Assembly: GCA_943355135.1 (NCBI GenBank)
Contig: CALREG010000002.1
Span: 1 to 35,200 of the forward strand
Reading direction: 5' to 3'
DNA: 35,200 nucleotides
Source: Candidatus Nomurabacteria bacterium
Lineage (GTDB): Bacteria > Patescibacteriota > Minisyncoccia > Phycocordibacterales > SBAW01
This document shows, one piece after another, positions 10,124-18,934 of the stretch (the first letter of the stretch is position 1; each line of letters starts with the position of its first letter). The position numbers were made by a program, and so were the translations under genes. The notes under the pieces are model-generated. The model made no database searches. It saw only the letters and a list, made by a program, of their open reading frames with translations, and had not been told where the DNA came from.

Positions 10124-10130
10124 AGGAGTA

Positions 10131-10139
10131 AGTATACCA
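10131..10139 (-). promoter_or_regulatory. Extended -10 TGGTATACT, 7 nt upstream of ATG 10123
   Basis: Minus strand reads TTGGTATACTtactcctATG. Confidence 0.5.
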
Positions 10140-10140
10140 A

Positions 10141-10174
10141 CAAAAAATCCCCACTCTCTAGCAGAATGGGGATT
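10141..10174 (-). terminator. Rho-independent terminator after the first pilin gene
   Basis: Minus strand has AATCCCCA...TGGGGATT followed by TTTTTG. Confidence 0.6.
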
Positions 10175-10196
10175 TTAAGCTTCTAGGAGAGAAAAA

Positions 10197-10670
10197 TTAC
10201 GGACAAACTATGCCGCTTGCAGCGATGACCGCTGTGGTGCTGGTAGCCACCTTGCCGGTAGAATCGACGCACCATCCTTTGGTGGTGTCAGAGCGGAGCG
10301 GAGATGCGGCTGCCCATCCGATGGTATTGCCGTGGCAGGTAACCTTACCCGTAGTGCCGTACAAACCGACGTTAGCGAATGTCTTATCAAGACCTCCGGT
10401 AACTCCCGAGTTTGAAAGAGCCCCGTTGAGTGCATTAGTAACCGTAGTGTCGTTGCAGGCGTTGGTGTAATCGCCGTTGTTGCCGGCAAGCTCCATCTGC
10501 GTGCGGACCGTGCCCATGCTGGCCTGAATAGCTGCATCTGCGCCTTTGCTGCGTGCACTACCCAAAGAAACAAGCACGATAGCCGCCAAGATGCCGATGA
10601 TGGCAATGACGACGAGGAGCTCGATGAGGGTGAAGCCTTTGTTGCTGTTTTTAATATTGGTTTTCTGCAT
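10197..10670 (-). CDS. Type IV pilin, likely the major pilin
   Basis: NKG|[24 protein letters not shown]. It has its own promoter with a leader of about 65 nt and its own terminator. Confidence 0.85.
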   Translation of the reverse strand: MQKTNIKNSNKGFTLIELLVVIAIIGILAAIVLVSLGSARSKGADAAIQASMGTVRTQMELAGNNGDYTNACNDTTVTNALNGALSNSGVTGGLDKTFANVGLYGTTGKVTCHGNTIGWAAASPLRSDTTKGWCVDSTGKVATSTTAVIAASGIVCP

Positions 10671-10740
10671 AGATAATTCTAACTATTAATAACTAACACT
10701 AGTAAAATACGCCAGACGCTTTAATTCGCTAGGCTCCCCC

Positions 10741-10746
10741 ATTATA
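10741..10746 (-). promoter_or_regulatory. -10 box TATAAT for the major pilin gene
   Basis: Minus strand GAGTGGATATAATGGGGG, about 70 nt upstream of ATG 10670. Confidence 0.45.
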
Positions 10747-10812
10747 TCCACTCCTAGCCTTAGCGTTTCCTGCCCTGTGGATAAGCTCAGAAGAGCCCGA
10801 CTCGACTACCCA

Positions 10813-12033
10813 CTAGAGGCTAGAAGCGGAGTTGTAGATAGGTAGGAGCACCGCAGCAAGGAGGAAGCCGACACCAAGAGCCAGCGCCACAATGAGGATA
10901 GGCTCGATGAGGGACACGAGGGTATCTACCGCCGCGTTTACCTCGCGGTTATAAAACTTGGCCAAACGCTCCAAAATATGCCCCATTTCGCCAGTTTCCT
11001 CGCCTATTTGGATCATTTGGACGAAAATACCGGGGATAAGGCCGGGGCTGTGTTTGATGAGTGTTGCAGAAAAAGGCGAGCCACTTTTGACCGACTCTAT
11101 TGCCTCGCGGATAATCCCCTCATAGATATCATCTTCAACCACGTTTGCAGTTATTTCGAGCGCCCGCACCGCCGATATGCCCGAGGAGAGCATGACGTTC
11201 ATGTTGTCGGCAATGCGAGAGAGGTAGAGCTTTTGATACAAGCTCCCAACGTAGGGTATAGCAAACTTAAACTGCGACCACGCATGATTCCCCGCGGGGG
11301 TCTGTACGTAACGAAACATAAAAAATCCTCCCACAATGAGCGCAATGAGCAAGAAGATACCATAATCAACCAAAAAGTTGCTCAAGCCCAGAATAATCTG
11401 CGTAAATATAGGCAGCTCTTGGCCACTGTCGGCCAAAATGGCGCCTATTTTTGGAATAACAAAGGTCAACATGAGCGTCATAACGCCGAAGAAGGTCAGC
11501 GTAATGAAGGCTGGATAAATGAGGGCATTTTTAGCCTTGCTGCCCAGCTCGTATGAGCGGTCTATATAGTCGGCCAAGTACAAAAAGGTTTGGTCGAGCT
11601 TGCCCGACTCCTCGCCCGAGCGCACCATGTTGACATAAAAGTCGCTGAACACCTTCGGATGCTTCTCCAACGCTTTTGAGATAGAGCTGCCGCCCTGCAG
11701 GTCATCGCTGATTTCTACCAGCACCTGCCTGATGAACGGCTTTTCGGCCTGCTCGGCCAACAAGCGGAATACGCGCAGAGCGGATACTTGCGCTTCAAAG
11801 AGCGTCGCGATTTGGCGCGACAAAATCACCAAATCGCGCGCTGAAACTCCGCCAAACAGCGTAACACCTTGCAACTGCTCTAAAATGGACTTATTTCCCC
11901 CGCCGTTTATAGACGTGAGTGTCAGGCCTTTGCGCTGGAGAGCGGCAATAGCGGCATCTTGGCTTGCGGCACTGACCGAGCCGCTTTGCGCTTTGCCGGA
12001 AGAGTCGAGTGCTTCGTATTTAAATTCAGCCAT
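10813..12033 (-). CDS. pilC: Type IV pilus platform protein (T2SS-F family)
   Basis: 406 aa with two T2SSF-type repeats and three TM regions. Lies between pilT and the pilins. Confidence 0.9.
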   Translation of the reverse strand: MAEFKYEALDSSGKAQSGSVSAASQDAAIAALQRKGLTLTSINGGGNKSILEQLQGVTLFGGVSARDLVILSRQIATLFEAQVSALRVFRLLAEQAEKPFIRQVLVEISDDLQGGSSISKALEKHPKVFSDFYVNMVRSGEESGKLDQTFLYLADYIDRSYELGSKAKNALIYPAFITLTFFGVMTLMLTFVIPKIGAILADSGQELPIFTQIILGLSNFLVDYGIFLLIALIVGGFFMFRYVQTPAGNHAWSQFKFAIPYVGSLYQKLYLSRIADNMNVMLSSGISAVRALEITANVVEDDIYEGIIREAIESVKSGSPFSATLIKHSPGLIPGIFVQMIQIGEETGEMGHILERLAKFYNREVNAAVDTLVSLIEPILIVALALGVGFLLAAVLLPIYNSASSL

Positions 12034-12039
12034 AACAGA

Positions 12040-13104
12040 TTATAGGAGGTGTTCCAGTGTTTTAGGAGAAATTGAGCGGGAGTAAGCCGATTCTATGGTA
12101 ATTTCGCCGCTGCGCACCAAGTCGGCGAGACAGCGGTTCATATCTATCATGCCTTCGGCGGCGCCAGTTTCTATGAGCGTTTGTATCTCGTGGGTGCGCT
12201 TCTCACGGATCAGGTTTGAAACAGCAGTGTTGTTGAGCAAGAGCTCGTACGCAGGGATGAGCCCGCCCGAGACGCGCGGGATAAGCCGCTGACTAAATAC
12301 ACCCGCCAAAGACGATGCCAATTGGATGCGGATTTGGTCCTGTTGCGAGGGGGGGAATACGTCAATAATGCGGTCAATAGTCTGTACCGCGTTATTGGTG
12401 TGCAACGTAGAGAGTACCAAGTGGCCGGTCTCGGCGGCGGTGACCGCAGTGGCAATAGTCTCTGGCGTGCGCATCTCCCCTATCATAAGCACATCGACGT
12501 CTTGTCGAAACACCGACTGGAGCGCCACATAGAAGTCGGCGGTATCGATGCGTACCTCGCGCTGGTCAACGAGTGAGCGCTTATTTTCAAACAAATACTC
12601 TATTGGGTCTTCGATGGTTACTATGTGCTCGGAGCGCTCCTGATTTATCTTTTCAATCAGGGCCGCAAGCGTGGTCGTCTTGCCTTGTCCGACCGGCCCG
12701 ACCACCAAAAAGAATCCCTGCTCTCTGGTGGCAAACTGCTCGATTACTGGAGGTAGGTGCAATTCGGAAATAGAGCGAATAGCGCGCGGAATAAGGCGGA
12801 GTGCTACTCCGACACGACCGCGCTGGAAGTAACCGTTGCCGCGGAAACGCGCTTCCTCTCCGAACGCGTAGGAAAAGTCGACTTCTTGGGTGTCAATGAA
12901 GCGTTTTTTGAGCGCCGGAGAGAGCATCACCTCAAGCATGCCCATCATATCTTCGGCAGTAAGAGCAGCTTCGGTCGACATAGGTGTCATCACGCCAGAG
13001 ACTCGGGTAGTCGGCTGGATACCGGTACCCATATGCAGGTCGGACGCCCCTTGCGCAATAGTGGTCTGGATTAAATCCGTCAGTTTTTTCTTGTAATCGG
13101 GCAT
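12040..13104 (-). CDS. pilT: Twitching-motility retraction ATPase
   Basis: 354 aa with Walker A GPVGQGKTT, plus IEDPIEY and TGHLVLSTLHTN. Confidence 0.9.
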   Translation of the reverse strand: MPDYKKKLTDLIQTTIAQGASDLHMGTGIQPTTRVSGVMTPMSTEAALTAEDMMGMLEVMLSPALKKRFIDTQEVDFSYAFGEEARFRGNGYFQRGRVGVALRLIPRAIRSISELHLPPVIEQFATREQGFFLVVGPVGQGKTTTLAALIEKINQERSEHIVTIEDPIEYLFENKRSLVDQREVRIDTADFYVALQSVFRQDVDVLMIGEMRTPETIATAVTAAETGHLVLSTLHTNNAVQTIDRIIDVFPPSQQDQIRIQLASSLAGVFSQRLIPRVSGGLIPAYELLLNNTAVSNLIREKRTHEIQTLIETGAAEGMIDMNRCLADLVRSGEITIESAYSRSISPKTLEHLL

Positions 13105-13113
13105 AGGTGGTTT

Positions 13114-14970
13114 TTATACTTCCAACTCTTTAGGTGAAGCCTCTTTTTCGACAGGGGCTACACCTTCCACAACAAGCGCTTCCGGTGCGGGCGGCGGTGC
13201 TATCTCAGGAGTATCATCCAGCTCAAATTCGCCGCCGAGTGTATTGACTTCCTCAAACGGAACAACACCTTTTGCAGATTTAATCATAGCATCCTCCTTC
13301 ATGGTGAGCATGCCTTGCTTGCGTACAATGACGCGCAATTCATCTTCGGGCTTGCGCTGCAAAATTCCTTGCTCCAACTCCGCGTTCATGGCAAAGACTT
13401 CGAAACACGCGATACGCCCTTGGGTGCCCGCCGGACACTCTGGCGTGGGGTCCATGCGGTAGACTTCGGCAAAATCAGGAATATCCTGGCGAAATTCCTT
13501 CGGAACGTCCGCGAAGTCTTTTTCAATAATTTCTTTCATACTCCCCTCCACTTTGGTGCGCTTGCCACCTCCGGGGCAAAGCGTGCGTACGAGGCGCTGA
13601 GCCACACCCAAAATAAGCACGGGCGGAATAAGGTACGGCTCGACACCCATGTCGAGCAAGCGGGGCACAATGCCGATAGCATTGTTGGTGTGGATGGTGG
13701 AGAGCACGAGGTGACCGGTCAACGCAGCTTGCACGGCCAAGTTGGCCGTCTCGGCGTCGCGGATCTCGCCGACCATGATGATGTTTGGGTCCTGACGCAG
13801 TGTGGTGCGCAGTCCGGTTGCAAAAGTGTAGCCTATTTCTGGCCGCATCTGCGACTGCGACACGCCCGCGATGGTGTACTCAACCGGGTCTTCAAGACTC
13901 AGTACGTTTTGGTGGTCGCGGTCGACCTCGTTGAGCAAGGTATAGAGCGTAGTGGACTTACCCGAGCCGGTCGGACCCGAAATGAGTACGAGGCCGTAGG
14001 GTTTTTTGATAGCGGCGCGGATAAGGTTGAGATTGTGGTCAGTGAGCCCAATGCTGTCGAGCTTCCAGTCCTTCGTTTGGCTACCCAAAATACGCATCAC
14101 TACCTTCTCGCCGAAGTAGGTCGGAAAAGTGGACACGCGGAAGTCTACTTTGCTTCCGCCGACTCGGGCACTAAAGCGGCCGTCTTGTGGCTTGCGCTTT
14201 TCGTCCAAACGCATGTTGGAGAGCACCTTAATGCGGGCCACCACCGAGGAGTGCACCTTCGGTGGCAGGGTGATGTTGGTGATAAGGACACCGTCGACGC
14301 GGAAGCGTACGCGGGTGAGCTCGGCCATGGGCTCGATGTGGATGTCGGAGGCGCGTTGCTCGGCCGCATGGCGCAGCACGGTGGCCACTATTTTTGTCAC
14401 CGGCGCGTCCTCACTCACCGCTTCGGTATCGGTTACTTCTGCTTCGGTAACAGAAAGATTACGTTTTTTAGAGTCTGCGGGGTTCTTGCCGGTATCGATA
14501 GTGATTTCTGTTTCGAGCTCGTTGAGCGCCTTGCCTACCTCGCCAGAGAGGCCTTTGTACTGTGTGAGCAGACGGTCAAAATCTGTTTGAGTAATAAGAA
14601 ACAGTTTGTACGGCATGCCTATTTTGGCCGATATGAAAGTAAGTGCGTCGCGCGCCTCCAAATTGTCCGGATCGGTGATACCAACCTCCAGGACTCCGTC
14701 TGCCTCGGCCAACGGTACCAGCTGATAGTGGCGGGCGGACTCCTCGGGGATAAAGCGCAACGTATCAAAAGGAACGGTCTTGTCCCCCAACTCGCGCGTG
14801 GGGACACCATAGTAGTCGCCCTTAACCTTCAAAATATCTTTGAGCGCAACGCCTGCCTTCTGCAAGACGTCTTCCGCCTTTGACTCGGGTTTTGCTATCT
14901 CTATCTCTAATTCAGGAATGCGCCCCCTTTCGAGAACGCCGCTATCCGCGAGAAGAGTGAGTACATTCAT
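13114..14970 (-). CDS. pilB: Type IV pilus assembly ATPase (GspE/PilB family)
   Basis: 618 aa with an N-terminal GSPII_E_N-like domain, Walker A GPTGSGKST, and TGHLVLSTIHTN. Confidence 0.92.
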   Translation of the reverse strand: MNVLTLLADSGVLERGRIPELEIEIAKPESKAEDVLQKAGVALKDILKVKGDYYGVPTRELGDKTVPFDTLRFIPEESARHYQLVPLAEADGVLEVGITDPDNLEARDALTFISAKIGMPYKLFLITQTDFDRLLTQYKGLSGEVGKALNELETEITIDTGKNPADSKKRNLSVTEAEVTDTEAVSEDAPVTKIVATVLRHAAEQRASDIHIEPMAELTRVRFRVDGVLITNITLPPKVHSSVVARIKVLSNMRLDEKRKPQDGRFSARVGGSKVDFRVSTFPTYFGEKVVMRILGSQTKDWKLDSIGLTDHNLNLIRAAIKKPYGLVLISGPTGSGKSTTLYTLLNEVDRDHQNVLSLEDPVEYTIAGVSQSQMRPEIGYTFATGLRTTLRQDPNIIMVGEIRDAETANLAVQAALTGHLVLSTIHTNNAIGIVPRLLDMGVEPYLIPPVLILGVAQRLVRTLCPGGGKRTKVEGSMKEIIEKDFADVPKEFRQDIPDFAEVYRMDPTPECPAGTQGRIACFEVFAMNAELEQGILQRKPEDELRVIVRKQGMLTMKEDAMIKSAKGVVPFEEVNTLGGEFELDDTPEIAPPPAPEALVVEGVAPVEKEASPKELEV

Positions 14971-14983
14971 ACATAACCTGTCG

Positions 14984-15316
14984 TTACCGCGCCGCAGGAG
15001 CAGTGGCGGAAGAGGCTTTGGTGCTAGCTCCTACTGGGGCAAACGGATTGCGGCGGCCAGCCTGTTGCGGAGGTATGGTAGTGCTGAAGTCGTTGAGCGA
15101 CACAAAGGCGGGGTCGGCAAAGAGTGCGGGGTCGAGCTTGATGGTATGCAACTGGCTGAGTGTAGTCAGAATTTCCTGAGACAACGGCGATGTCCCCTCT
15201 CCTGAAGCGGTGAGCAAGGCGTCGCTACCTCCACCATTCCAAAAGTAGTAGACGCCCGAGCACAACAGCACTGCCACTATGCCGCTTTCTACCCATTTAT
15301 TTTTGAGGATATCCAT
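14984..15316 (-). CDS. Small membrane-anchored protein in the pilus operon (PilP position)
   Basis: 110 aa with one N-terminal TM segment. Located between pilO and pilB. Confidence 0.55.
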   Translation of the reverse strand: MDILKNKWVESGIVAVLLCSGVYYFWNGGGSDALLTASGEGTSPLSQEILTTLSQLHTIKLDPALFADPAFVSLNDFSTTIPPQQAGRRNPFAPVGASTKASSATAPAAR

Positions 15317-15322
15317 AGTGTT

Positions 15323-15883
15323 TTAGTGGAGCCAATAGGTGCGGATAGTCATACCAAACTCGTAACGACCGGCCGCATCGCCAATGGTGTCAGGTTTAAA
15401 GGAAATTTTTTCTACATCCACAATGCGCAGGCTATGTTCCAAATCCTGTAGAAATGCGAGGAAGTCTTCGTAAGACGCCGTGAGCGAAAAGCTAACCACA
15501 GCGGAGCCTACTGGGTCGCCGGAAGAGCCGACCGCAAGCGCGTTGGGCTTGGTGCGCGCATCTGAAATGGTGCCGAGCGATACATTGCGCAGCGAAAGAT
15601 TGCGCCGAGCTGCAACGCTGTTGATGTCGATGATAAAGCGAATGTTGTCTACGTTGTCAGGGAGTATGCGCTCCAACTTTTGTACATTGTCCGCCGAAAA
15701 AGTGTTGCGTTTAGAAAGGAGCGAGTCGCGGCGACTTTTAAGCTCTTTTGCCTTATCAAGCGCATCATCAAACGCTCCTACCTGCGCTTGGAGGCCTTTT
15801 ATATGCTGGTAGGCGCCATTGGTATACAGCACAAAGAGCCCTATGGCTGCCGCTATGAGTACGCCGGGTAATATAAGTCGCAT
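15323..15883 (-). CDS. pilO: PilO-like pilus assembly protein
   Basis: N-terminal TM, a coiled-coil and a C-terminal ferredoxin-like region. Synteny after pilN. Confidence 0.7.
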   Translation of the reverse strand: MRLILPGVLIAAAIGLFVLYTNGAYQHIKGLQAQVGAFDDALDKAKELKSRRDSLLSKRNTFSADNVQKLERILPDNVDNIRFIIDINSVAARRNLSLRNVSLGTISDARTKPNALAVGSSGDPVGSAVVSFSLTASYEDFLAFLQDLEHSLRIVDVEKISFKPDTIGDAAGRYEFGMTIRTYWLH

Positions 15884-15884
15884 A

Positions 15885-16490
15885 TTATGGTGTGGGGGTA
15901 GCTTCAGTGGTGGCAGATTGCAGGTTGCGGCTATACAGAATCAGCGTAGGGTCTACGGTCGTATTGACGCTAAACGTGACTTTACCCGACTCGTTGACGG
16001 AAATACCGGAAAATATGACATTTTTAAGTACCTTGCTCGCGCCGAACTGGTCTGACTGGAGTGCCACGCCTGAAAAGCTGTCCGCAACACCATTAAGGGA
16101 CACTGTGGCACCGCCATTTGAGGCAAGGTTAAACTCAAAACTAGTAAGTTGCACACGCTCAAGAGTAATAGTGGAGAGGAAAAAGAGGAGAGCTGAAGGA
16201 GAAACGTGTTTTTGCAGGAGCGTGCGCGCTTGGGTGAGACGCTGGTCTAAACGCACCAAATCCTGAATGGTGCCCGCGTTGAAGGCCCCTTCGTCTTTTT
16301 GGAGCTGAACGTCTTTTTCGGCAATCTGACTATTGAGTACATATGTGTAGGCGGATGCGGCACCTGCCCCGACGAGGGACATGATGAATATGAGGAGCGC
16401 TAGGAGGAAAAAAAGCCCAAGACTGTTTCCCCGCGACGCCGCGGCAAGCGATTGTTTAGGTATGAACGAGCCTTGCGGGACAGGATCCAT
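15885..16490 (-). CDS. pilN: PilN-like pilus assembly protein
   Basis: Short cytoplasmic N-terminus, a TM segment (LGLFFLLALLIFIMSLVGAGAA) and a coiled-coil. Synteny after pilM. Confidence 0.7.
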   Translation of the reverse strand: MDPVPQGSFIPKQSLAAASRGNSLGLFFLLALLIFIMSLVGAGAASAYTYVLNSQIAEKDVQLQKDEGAFNAGTIQDLVRLDQRLTQARTLLQKHVSPSALLFFLSTITLERVQLTSFEFNLASNGGATVSLNGVADSFSGVALQSDQFGASKVLKNVIFSGISVNESGKVTFSVNTTVDPTLILYSRNLQSATTEATPTP

Positions 16491-16534
16491 TTGTTTTTAA
16501 GTATATCGCACAAAAATATGCAAGCGCGGGCTTA

Positions 16535-17650
16535 TCAACTTAATTCTTGCAAGCGGCGCAGTGCCAAACCGACCGCAACAGAGAATTCCGGCCCCGCATC
16601 TTTAAGTATCGCCTCCAAAAAGGCAGGGGCCTGTGTTTTGCCGAACGGATCGCTCAGACGTATTTCGGTTTGCACCTTTCCTTGCATAAATTCTTTGAGT
16701 CCACGCAGAGTTGCTCCCCCACCGGTGAGCACCAAGGAGGAAAGCGTCTGGTTGGTGCGTGTCTCCCAAGATGAAATGGTGCGCGTAAGCTCGGAGACCA
16801 TAGGTGCGAGCGAAAGCTCGAACGATTTTTTAAGATCGGCACCCGCTTGGCCGGCAGGCAAGCTCGCCCCAGGGGCTGTGGCGGGACCTTCGCCACTGAG
16901 ACCATACTTGCGTTTGCGTTCTTCAGCTTGTACCACCGTGAGTCCGAGTGCGCGACCGGCATTGAGGGTCAAGTCTTGTCCGCCGTGGTTGATGATATGA
17001 CTCTCGCGTATGAGCCCGCGCTCCACGACATAAAATTTGGTTGTAGCGGCACCCATATCTACCACCGCCACTGGAGCAAGTCCGTGGTCGAGCGACGCAC
17101 GCACCGCAGAAAATACTTCTATTTCAAAAAATCCGGGTACGAGCGTCGCCTCAGAGCCGATGTTGCGGAACTTGGTGATGGTGTCGTTGTGTATAGCCAC
17201 AAGGAGCACATCCATTTTGCCGTCGGCAGATTTTTTGCCGTCGTTGACCACGAACCAGTCGAGTAATACCTCGTTGATAGGTACGGGGATATATTTGCGC
17301 GCCTCGATAGGCACCACCTGCGCGAGCTGCTTTTCTACCGCCAGAGGTAGCCTGATGATGGACACGAGGCTAGAGGAATATGGAATGGCAATTGCCGAAT
17401 CGGTTGTGGTGACATTGGCCTCGCGGATAACATCTTTAAGTGCCTCACCTATCTTTTCGGCCGACAAACTGGTCGCGCGGCCTATTTCTACCCCCGCATA
17501 CGGGCCGAGCGCTATAGCACCGTAGGTTTCGAGCACCACACGGCCCTTGTCGCGGCGCAATTGTACGACCTTGACCGATGAGGTGCCTATATCAACCCCC
17601 AGTACACTTTTTGAGTCAGTAGAAAATAACGAAGAGAGCGAAAACGCCAT
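16535..17650 (-). CDS. pilM: PilM, actin-like ATPase of the pilus alignment complex
   Basis: 371 aa with VLGVDIGTSSVKVVQL and VVDMGAATTKF actin-fold phosphate motifs. Confidence 0.88.
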   Translation of the reverse strand: MAFSLSSLFSTDSKSVLGVDIGTSSVKVVQLRRDKGRVVLETYGAIALGPYAGVEIGRATSLSAEKIGEALKDVIREANVTTTDSAIAIPYSSSLVSIIRLPLAVEKQLAQVVPIEARKYIPVPINEVLLDWFVVNDGKKSADGKMDVLLVAIHNDTITKFRNIGSEATLVPGFFEIEVFSAVRASLDHGLAPVAVVDMGAATTKFYVVERGLIRESHIINHGGQDLTLNAGRALGLTVVQAEERKRKYGLSGEGPATAPGASLPAGQAGADLKKSFELSLAPMVSELTRTISSWETRTNQTLSSLVLTGGGATLRGLKEFMQGKVQTEIRLSDPFGKTQAPAFLEAILKDAGPEFSVAVGLALRRLQELS

Positions 17651-17657
17651 TACAATA

Positions 17658-17663
17658 AGTATA
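17658..17663 (-). promoter_or_regulatory. -10 box TATACT, 7 nt upstream of the pilM ATG
   Basis: Minus strand reads GGGGTATACTtattgtaATG. Confidence 0.5.
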
Positions 17664-17697
17664 CCCCATGAGATAAAATCTATCTCACGGGGTATAC
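17659..17697. promoter_or_regulatory. 17-bp inverted repeat spanning the divergent pilM/comF promoter region
   Basis: GTATACCCCATGAGATA (17659-17675), spacer AAATC, TATCTCACGGGGTATAC (17681-17697). One mismatch. Confidence 0.85.
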
Positions 17698-17701
17698 CAT
17701 T

Positions 17702-18304
17702 ATGCTAAAAACTTTTGTGATGGAGATTATGGATTTGCTCTTGCCTCCGCGGAGGACCGACCGGCTAGTGCGGACGCTCACGTTGGAGCAATTGCATAGG
17801 CTAGAGGGCGAGGACGGCCTCCCCTATCATGACCCGCGCATTACGGCACTGATATGGGAGCTTAAATACTACAAAACCAGCCGTGCGAGCTTGCTTGCGG
17901 GCGAGTATATTGCCGAAGCACTGCTTGCGGCAGCGAGCGAAGAGCTCGGCGTGCCCCTCCTTATTCCTGTGCCCATGCATCCAAACCGCCGCAAAGTGCG
18001 CGGACACAACCAAACCGAGGTGTTATGCAAGGCGGCGCTCCCGTTTTGTGCAGGAGCGGTGGAGTATCGACCCCATGTGTTGAAAAGAGTAGTGGACACT
18101 CCTACCCAACAAGGCCTGCCGAAGGCAGAGCGGGTCAAAAATGTGCTTAATTCGATGGTGGCTGATACAGAGGTGCTCGTGGGCCGCGCGGTCATAGTCT
18201 TAGACGACGTTACTACTACCGGAGCGACACTTGCAGAAGCAAAACGCGCGCTCCGCCTTGCGGGAGCGCGCGCCGTGCATTGTGTCGCGTTAGCGAGAAG
18301 TTAA
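17702..18304 (+). CDS. comF: ComF-family phosphoribosyltransferase-like competence protein
   Basis: C-terminal PRTase motif VIVLDDVTTTGATL. The start is uncertain, with alternatives at 17720 and 17729. Confidence 0.8.
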   Translation: MLKTFVMEIMDLLLPPRRTDRLVRTLTLEQLHRLEGEDGLPYHDPRITALIWELKYYKTSRASLLAGEYIAEALLAAASEELGVPLLIPVPMHPNRRKVRGHNQTEVLCKAALPFCAGAVEYRPHVLKRVVDTPTQQGLPKAERVKNVLNSMVADTEVLVGRAVIVLDDVTTTGATLAEAKRALRLAGARAVHCVALARS

Positions 18305-18708
18305 GGGGTGACGTCGCCCCAATTAAATGGCGCGTTGTTTGGGTCGGCAACTGGGTTGCAAACGAGCGTTTGTGCACCCAAGGCAATCGTTACTGTCTCG
18401 CCATTACCAGAGAGAGCGAACTCGGCGTCATTAGGGTCGCTCATGTAGACATTTCCATCGCCCTGCTTGTGCAGCGTAACCGTGCTAAACGGCGCGGGAG
18501 CCGTAGCCGTAAGCATGAGTGAGCTTATATCTGCAGAAGGTGTCATAGTAAATTTGATTCCGCTGTCGCACTGGTAGGAGTAGGTGCCGTACGTTTGAGC
18601 CGTGTTCTGTTCGATGGTCGGCGCTTTTATAAACTCCGGGTAGAAGTAGTACCCTACCGCGACTACTGCTACTACTATCGCCACCACCCATCCCGCTTTA
18701 CCGTTCAT
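18301..18708 (-). CDS. Hypothetical membrane-anchored protein
   Basis: 135 aa with N-terminal TM WVVAIVVAVVAVGYYF and a beta-rich C-terminal domain with two Cys. Confidence 0.55.
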   Translation of the reverse strand: MNGKAGWVVAIVVAVVAVGYYFYPEFIKAPTIEQNTAQTYGTYSYQCDSGIKFTMTPSADISSLMLTATAPAPFSTVTLHKQGDGNVYMSDPNDAEFALSGNGETVTIALGAQTLVCNPVADPNNAPFNWGDVTP

Positions 18709-18732
18709 ATAATTTTTAAAACTAAATGCTAA

Positions 18733-18891
18733 TTAAAAACCGCTAAAATGCACCCCAAGATAATAAGGCCAGAGCACTACCGCGAGCAAGCCCTGCCAAA
18801 ACGCAAGCTGTAAATACCCAATAGTAAAGAGCCACGCCGCAACCCAAAACCCGCCCGAGAGCGTATGATGCTCTATTTTAATTTTTTCCAT
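18733..18891 (-). CDS. Small hydrophobic protein (52 aa), below the ORF-track cutoff
   Basis: MEKIKIEHHTLSGGFWVAAWLFTIGYLQLAFWQGLLAVVLWPYYLGVHFSGF. GGTATACT lies 8 nt upstream of the ATG. Confidence 0.45.
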   Translation of the reverse strand: MEKIKIEHHTLSGGFWVAAWLFTIGYLQLAFWQGLLAVVLWPYYLGVHFSGF

Positions 18892-18934
18892 ATACCTCAA
18901 GTATACCTTTTGGCGTAGAGTGCGGGTTACGTAC

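Noticed and set aside
13315-14883. 522-aa antisense ORF inside pilB (similar long antisense ORFs at 4453..5406, 16452..17000 and 30331..31068)
   Set aside because: These are shadow ORFs opposite strongly recognisable genes (pilB, ligA, pilM, ftsH). Their translations are Arg/Ser/Ala-rich with no motifs.
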